Part shown: in pieces, positions 27,292-32,000 of the stretch
Position numbering within the stretch: the stretch's first letter is position 1
How the letters are laid out: every line of letters starts with the position of its first letter
Assembly (NCBI RefSeq): GCF_000010065.1
Contig: NC_006576.1
Coordinates: 1,110,001-1,142,000, forward strand
From: Synechococcus elongatus PCC 6301
Lineage (GTDB): Bacteria; Cyanobacteriota; Cyanobacteriia; Synechococcales; Synechococcaceae
Length of the DNA stretch: 32,000 nucleotides
Direction of reading: 5' to 3'
The notes under the pieces: model-generated
The model's input: only the letters and a program-made list of their open reading frames with translations
The model's database searches: none
What the model was told of the DNA's origin: nothing
Position numbers and translations under genes: made by a program

Positions 27292-27314
27292 CGCTCTACA
27301 GTTGCTGCAGAGCG
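27292..27314. promoter_or_regulatory. Inverted repeat between the methyltransferase gene and the TA module (candidate operator or terminator)
   Basis: CGCTCTACAG (27292-27301), ttg, then CTGCAGAGCG (27305-27314). This is a 10-bp stem with one mismatch and no following T-tract. Confidence 0.3.
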
Positions 27315-27476
27315 ATTGCTCAGGTGAGCTAAGCTGGGGGCTCAAATGGATGGGTGATTTACATGAAGACGAAACCCACAACACACAGGACAAATAACCA
27401 GACACGATCGCAACAAACTCGCCAGTCAACCGGGCGATCGGGACCATCTGGGCTGGAAGCGATCGCTCCACCTGCT

Positions 27477-27899
27477 ATGGCGACTTATATCTATCGGTTA
27501 CACCCCCGCGATCGCATTAATCTAATTCGACGGGGAGTTCCCGCCACTTTGGTTGTGCAAACGGAGCAACAACTAGGGCTAGCCAGACAAGGCGTTTGCC
27601 AGATGTTGGGGCTATCAGTCTCAACGATCAAGCGGCGTCTGACTCAAAATCAGGCGTTGACTGCGGATGAGACCGAGCGATTGCTAGCGCTGCAGCAGTT
27701 GATTGGTCAGGTCGAGGCGATCATTGCAGAAGCGGGCGAGCCCAGTGGATTTGATGCGGCGCAGTGGGTTGGGGAATGGCTGATGACGCCGAATCCGGCC
27801 CTGGCGGGGCAAAAGCCAGCGGAATACATGGATACGGCTGAGGGACGGCGGCTGGTTTCGCAGGCGATCGCCATGATGCGCAGCGGAGCTTATGCGTGA
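27477..27899 (+). CDS. Xre-family antitoxin with a C-terminal toxin-binding domain (DUF2384; ParS/MbcA-like)
   Basis: ...CQMLGLSVSTIKRRL... is an HTH segment, and AAQWVGEWLMTPNPALAGQKPAEYMDTAEGRRLVSQAIAMMRSGAYA is the typical DUF2384 tail. The stop overlaps the toxin GTG (GTGA at 27896-27899). The start is ambiguous: the ATG at 27477 gives 140 aa, and upstream in-frame starts at 27354 or 27363 would add a Thr/Gln/Arg-rich tail. Confidence 0.8.
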   Translation: MATYIYRLHPRDRINLIRRGVPATLVVQTEQQLGLARQGVCQMLGLSVSTIKRRLTQNQALTADETERLLALQQLIGQVEAIIAEAGEPSGFDAAQWVGEWLMTPNPALAGQKPAEYMDTAEGRRLVSQAIAMMRSGAYA

Positions 27900-28384
27900 G
27901 TGCAGCGATCGACACGATCTCCGTTTGGCGCATTGCTGTAGAAGGCCGGGACTATAGCGCTGAGGATCGATCGGGCAAAGGGGCAGCACTGACCGGTGGC
28001 CGCTGGAATCGGGAGGGGCTGCCGGTGCTGTACACGGCGGAGAATATCGCGTTGGCCTGCCTAGAGACTCTGGTGCATTTGGGACCGAGTCTACCTTTGA
28101 ATCGCTACTTGGTGCAGATTGAGCTAGAGGCGCAGGACTGGGAGGCACGAACGGTTTTCGATCCTAAGCAGGGAATTGGCTGGGATGCGGAACCGTATGG
28201 GCAAACATCACTGGATTGGGGCAGTCGCTGGCTCGAAAGCCAAGGGTAGTTGCTGGCGGTAGTGCCGTCAAGTTTAGTGCCGGAGGAGTCGAATATTTTG
28301 ATCAATCCGCGTCATCCGCGCATGGCAACAGCAAAACTAACGAAGCTGCGCCGCTGGTTGTTTGATCCGCGATTTAGGACTTAG
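27896..28384 (+). pseudogene. RES-domain toxin (ParT/MbcT-like NAD+-degrading toxin family) interrupted by an in-frame TAG at 28247-28249
   Basis: The N-terminal part reads ...GKGAALTGGRWNREGLPVLYTAENIALACLETLVHL, which contains the Arg and Glu of the R-E-S signature. After WLESQG comes a TAG. The same frame then continues LLAVVPSSLVPEESNILINPRHP...WLFDPRF to a TAG at 28382-28384. That segment is the family-typical C-terminus and contains the VPS Ser. Confidence 0.75.
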
Positions 28385-28428
28385 GGAAGCAGCCAGACAC
28401 CGGATTGCTCCAGCCAACGCTTAGAACA

Positions 28429-29913
28429 TCAAAGGGCAGCGGCGATCGCCTGCGTCACAGTTTCCAGAACTTGCACTCGGGCAAAACGTTTGTCATTGCC
28501 TGCCACGATCGTCCAAGGCGCGATCGCGGTACTGGTACGTTGCAGCATTTGATTGACGGCGACCTCATAGAGCGGCCATTGCTCACGGTTACGCCAATCT
28601 TCGTCTGTTAATTTGTACTGCTTAAAGGGACTGTCCTTACGCTCTTCAAACCGCTGCAACTGCTCATCGGCGCTGATGTGCAGCCAAAACTTAACCAAGA
28701 TGTAGTCAGCCGTTACGAGCTGGGCTTCAAACTCATTAATTTCACCATAGGCTCGCTGCCACTCGCGATCGCTGGCAAAGCCCTCAATCCGCTCCACCAA
28801 GACGCGACCGTACCAACTGCGGTCAAAAATGCCGATCGCACCCCGCGCCGGTAGACGTCGCCAGAAGCGCCAGAGGTAGTGTTGCTGCTGCTCCTCGGTA
28901 TTGGGGGCACTGAAGGGATGCACCGCAAAACTACGGGGATCGAGTTGGCTGGTCAGACGTTTAATCGCTCCGCCTTTGCCAGCCGCATCCCAGCCTTCGA
29001 ACAGAATCAGCACTGGGCGGCGATCGCGATCGAGTTGCCGTTGTAGCTTCAGCAAATCGATTTGGGCTTCGCCCAAGCGGCGATGATAGTCGACCTCACT
29101 CAATTTCTGCGTTAGATCAACCTTGGATAACCAATCCGGTTCCATTGGCGCCAGCTTCGTCTGGGCAGGGAGTTGGGGCTCCGTCGTCGCCTGCTGCAAT
29201 TGAGCCCGTTCTAACCGCGATCGCAGGGCAGCCGTCAGCGTCGTCAGGGATTTGATGCTAGCCCAGCGCCGACAATCGGCCTCCACCAAGGTCCAAGGCG
29301 CAGCCCCTGTGCTGCTGTAGATCAGCATTTCCTCGGCCAACTGACGGTACTGGTTATAGTGTTTGGCTTGCTGCCAATCCTCGGGCCGAATCCGCCAAGC
29401 ATGCAGTTCATCTTTAGCCGCTTTTTTGAGGCGCTTACGCAGCTTCTCTTTGCTGACATGCATCCAGAGTTTGATGATCACCGCACCGTCATCGTGCAAT
29501 TGCCGTTCAAAGGCATTGATCTGCTGAATGGTTTGGGGCACTTGGGCTGGGTCAATGCGATCGAACAACCGATCTTCCAAAACCCGCGTGTACCAGCTGT
29601 GATAGAAAATGCCGACTTTGCCCTGAGGGGGTAGGCGCAGCCAAAACCGGCGCAGGAAGGGAAATTGCTGCTCTTGTTCCGTGGGCGGCCAGACCGGGTG
29701 AACAATAAAGCCCCGCGGATCCATGTACTCCACCAAGCTGCGAACATAGTCACCTTTCCCGGATGCCGCCCAGCCTTCGAGCACCACAATCACGGGAATA
29801 CTGGCTTGCCAGCATTGCCGTTGCAGATTGGCCAAATCCAGCATCAATCCCTCGACTTGCTGCTGATAGGCTTCTTTGGAGAGGCAATGGCTGAGATCAA
29901 GGGTTTCTAGCAT
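28429..29913 (-). CDS. Two-domain polyphosphate kinase 2 family protein (polyphosphate:AMP/nucleotide phosphotransferase type)
   Basis: Two tandem PPK2 modules are present. The C-terminal module has a canonical Walker A (FEGWDAAGKGGAI). The N-terminal module has a variant (LEGWAASGKGDYV). The start is trimmed to MLETLDLSH (reverse complement of 29911-29913). Confidence 0.85.
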   Translation of the reverse strand: MLETLDLSHCLSKEAYQQQVEGLMLDLANLQRQCWQASIPVIVVLEGWAASGKGDYVRSLVEYMDPRGFIVHPVWPPTEQEQQFPFLRRFWLRLPPQGKVGIFYHSWYTRVLEDRLFDRIDPAQVPQTIQQINAFERQLHDDGAVIIKLWMHVSKEKLRKRLKKAAKDELHAWRIRPEDWQQAKHYNQYRQLAEEMLIYSSTGAAPWTLVEADCRRWASIKSLTTLTAALRSRLERAQLQQATTEPQLPAQTKLAPMEPDWLSKVDLTQKLSEVDYHRRLGEAQIDLLKLQRQLDRDRRPVLILFEGWDAAGKGGAIKRLTSQLDPRSFAVHPFSAPNTEEQQQHYLWRFWRRLPARGAIGIFDRSWYGRVLVERIEGFASDREWQRAYGEINEFEAQLVTADYILVKFWLHISADEQLQRFEERKDSPFKQYKLTDEDWRNREQWPLYEVAVNQMLQRTSTAIAPWTIVAGNDKRFARVQVLETVTQAIAAAL

Positions 29914-30055
29914 CTGCAAACAACACCTGACGGTTCTTCTCAACTTGCCACAGCCCACCTTCGGGACCGCCTCCCTTCCACCCAGCTTTAGCCCGCACCG
30001 CCAGCGGAGTTTGGCAAGGGTTAGGGCAAGAACGCTCTATGTCAAAATGTGAAGC

Positions 30056-31003
30056 GTGAGAATTCTTGATGACCTAGACCCAGTTTCTGGTCCCACTGCG
30101 ATCGCGCTGGGCAACTTTGATGGCATCCACCTAGGGCATCAGCAAGTCATCGCGCCGGTTCGGGCAGCTCATCGCAGCCATCCCGACTGGATGCCGTCGG
30201 TGGTGACCTTCAACCCCCACCCCCAAGCTTTCTTCTCCGGCGATCGCCTGCCCTCCATTACCCCCGTTGCTGAAAAGGCAGAACTGCTGCAAGGGTTGGG
30301 CATCGAACAGTTGGTCTTGCTGCCCTTCACCCGCGAGCTGGCCAACCTGACGCCCGAACAGTTTGTCTCAGAGGTATTGGTTCAACACCTCCAAGCGAGG
30401 CAAATTAGCGTTGGCCAAGATTTTCGGTTTGGGCGAGGACGGAGCGGCTCGGCGCAGGATCTGCAAGCGATTGCCCAGGGCCGAGGTATTCCCACCACGA
30501 TCGTGCCGCTGTTTAAGCACCGTGACTTGCGGGTCAGCAGCTCTGCGATTCGCAAAGCCCTCGACCAAGGTCAGCCTGAGCTGGCAGCGGCTTGGTTAGG
30601 ACGCCCCTATCGCCTGACCGGTTGTGTGATTCTGGGACAGCAGCTCGGACGGCAATTGGGGACACCAACTGCCAATCTCCAGCTTCCGGCCGATAAGTTG
30701 TTGCCCCGTTGGGGAGTCTATGCTGGCCGCGCTCATCTACCCGAGCAAGGACTGCACAATTTACCCGCCGTGCTGAATGTCGGTCAGCGACCCACCGTAA
30801 CTGGCGATCGTAGCGTCAGTGTCGAAGTCCATCTTCTGGACTGGCAGGGCGATTGCTACGGTCAGCTGCTGCAGGTTGATCTGCTGCACTTTTTGCGACC
30901 TGAACAGAAATTTGACTCGCTCAGTGCTTTGACGCAGCAAATTCAGCAAGACTGTCGCTTGGCGCGATCGCAGCTTGCAACAGAGTCATCGAGCTTGGCT
31001 TGA
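30056..31003 (+). CDS. ribF: Bifunctional riboflavin kinase / FMN adenylyltransferase
   Basis: ALGNFDGIHLGHQ is the FAD synthetase nucleotidyltransferase motif. The C-terminal riboflavin kinase part reads GRQLGTPTANL...VEVHLLDW.GD.YG. The start is a GTG at 30056. Confidence 0.9.
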   Translation: MRILDDLDPVSGPTAIALGNFDGIHLGHQQVIAPVRAAHRSHPDWMPSVVTFNPHPQAFFSGDRLPSITPVAEKAELLQGLGIEQLVLLPFTRELANLTPEQFVSEVLVQHLQARQISVGQDFRFGRGRSGSAQDLQAIAQGRGIPTTIVPLFKHRDLRVSSSAIRKALDQGQPELAAAWLGRPYRLTGCVILGQQLGRQLGTPTANLQLPADKLLPRWGVYAGRAHLPEQGLHNLPAVLNVGQRPTVTGDRSVSVEVHLLDWQGDCYGQLLQVDLLHFLRPEQKFDSLSALTQQIQQDCRLARSQLATESSSLA

Positions 31004-31042
31004 GGCGGCAAGTGCGAGCTGGCCGCGATTGCTCAGAGGAAT

Positions 31043-31180
31043 TTAGAAGCTGTAGGCGGCATTGAGACCCCAGAGGATCAGCAGACCAATGCTGCCAAGA
31101 ATCAGGACAGCCGATAAGCCGATCGCCAAGGGATTGTCAGCGCCTTGGAACTTCATGATGCCGCGGTTGAGATCGGACAT
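31043..31180 (-). CDS. Small single-TM membrane protein (45 aa), hypothetical
   Basis: Manual translation gives MSDLNRGIMKFQGADNPLAIGLSAVLILGSIGLLILWGLNAAYSF*. It falls below the ORF-track cutoff. It has one clear hydrophobic helix. An alternative start at the internal ATG would give a 37-aa product. Confidence 0.45.
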   Translation of the reverse strand: MSDLNRGIMKFQGADNPLAIGLSAVLILGSIGLLILWGLNAAYSF

Positions 31181-31439
31181 AGTTTTGCAAGAACAACAAC
31201 GATGATTAGCGGTGTTTATCACTACCTCTAGTGTTCGCTAATCATTTCTAAATCGCAACCCTTGAACCAGTGATCCCACGGGATCATCACCCTAGAGCGA
31301 TCGCATCTTTATAAAAACTGGGTCAAAGTCGCACTGTCGTCTTTTTTCAACGCATCAAAGCTTAAGATCTGCGTTGATTTCCGTCCTAGAGTCAATCTCT
31401 GCTGAATACTCAGAAGTTTAGCGATACAAGCGGCCAAAG

Positions 31440-32000
31440 TTAGGCAAAGGGGATAACGCGATCGCGGCCGGATTGTTTACCTTGATACATCGCCGCATCA
31501 GCCCGAGCGATGAGTGTATCAATCGTTTCGGCAGGCTGAATCAGCGTGACACCAATCGTCATGGTCTGAGCTACACATCCTGCGTCTGTAGAAATAGGCT
31601 GAGCAACCACATAACGCAACTTCTCCGCGATCACTACTGCATTTTTGAGCGAGTGAACACCTTGCAAAACGACTAGAAATTCATCACCACCAATCCGTGC
31701 TGCAAAATCATTGCTACGAATCGCTAACTTGATCCGTCTTGCCACAACTTGAAGGACTGTATCACCAGCAAGATGACCAAAGTGATCGTTGACATCTTTG
31801 AAGCAATCTAGGTCACAAAATAGAACAGCAAATTCTTTCCCATGACGGCGATCGAGAGCACAAAGGGCTTGAATCCGGGCGATCGCTTCTCGACGATTAA
31901 TGAGTCCTGTTAATTCATCCGTTTTTGCCTGACGTGACAACTCTTGTTCAGTATATTTTTGACTAGTGATATCGACATTAACACCCATAACGCTCAATGG
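31440..32000 (-). CDS. GGDEF-domain diguanylate cyclase, C-terminal part; the 5' end lies outside the window
   Basis: DELTGLINRR...FCDLDCFKDVNDHFGHLAGD...RIGGDEFLVVL is a canonical GGDEF domain. The preceding ...GVNVDITSQKYTEQEL resembles the end of a PAS domain, so the ORF probably continues beyond position 32000. Confidence 0.85.
   Translation of the reverse strand, partial: PLSVMGVNVDITSQKYTEQELSRQAKTDELTGLINRREAIARIQALCALDRRHGKEFAVLFCDLDCFKDVNDHFGHLAGDTVLQVVARRIKLAIRSNDFAARIGGDEFLVVLQGVHSLKNAVVIAEKLRYVVAQPISTDAGCVAQTMTIGVTLIQPAETIDTLIARADAAMYQGKQSGRDRVIPFA

Noticed and set aside
29914-30055. Possible FMN riboswitch or other leader upstream of ribF
   Set aside because: I could not find the conserved FMN-element core sequences or a multi-stem junction in this 142-nt divergent spacer. 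ribF is not a typical FMN-riboswitch target.
31347-31377. 8-bp hairpin TCAACGCA/TGCGTTGA as the intrinsic terminator of the GGDEF gene
   Set aside because: On the transcribed (minus) strand the hairpin is followed by AAAAAAG, not a U-tract. The T6 run lies on the 5' side, so it does not fit a canonical rho-independent terminator for that gene.

Overview
The window looks like a cyanobacterial chromosomal segment. The HIP1 octamer GCGATCGC is scattered through genes and spacers. Several proteins match, from memory rather than from any search, Synechococcus elongatus PCC 7942/6301 sequences, such as the tandem-BMC carboxysome protein CcmP and the class II FBP/SBPase. I support about 40 protein-coding features, mostly housekeeping: aroB, recJ, a C-terminal processing protease, an lptA-like/lptB/lptFG cluster, ccsA, pyrH-frr, glpX, hemA, ribF, a bifunctional sugar-nucleotidyltransferase/phosphomannomutase and a two-domain PPK2. 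I see no rRNA, tRNA, CRISPR array, transposase or integrase. Items worth a second look: (1) an Xre(DUF2384)/RES toxin-antitoxin pair whose toxin carries an in-frame TAG just before its catalytic-Ser segment; (2) a SnoaL-like ester-cyclase gene split by an apparent 1-nt insertion in an A4 run; (3) ccmP sitting 5 nt upstream of a pentapeptide-repeat gene; (4) a perfect CRP-type palindrome TGTGA-N6-TCACA in a visibly AT-richer islet that holds two small secreted Cys proteins sharing a CWV...CAY motif; (5) a tightly packed co-directional array from hemA through ABM-like, GNAT, SDR, a small membrane protein and an O-methyltransferase; (6) two plausible small membrane-protein genes below the ORF-track size cutoff; (7) two structured intergenic regions (23506-23781 and 31181-31439). 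Nothing here clearly amounts to a wholly new multi-gene system. All functional calls rest on motif and family recognition by eye and need HMM/BLAST confirmation.
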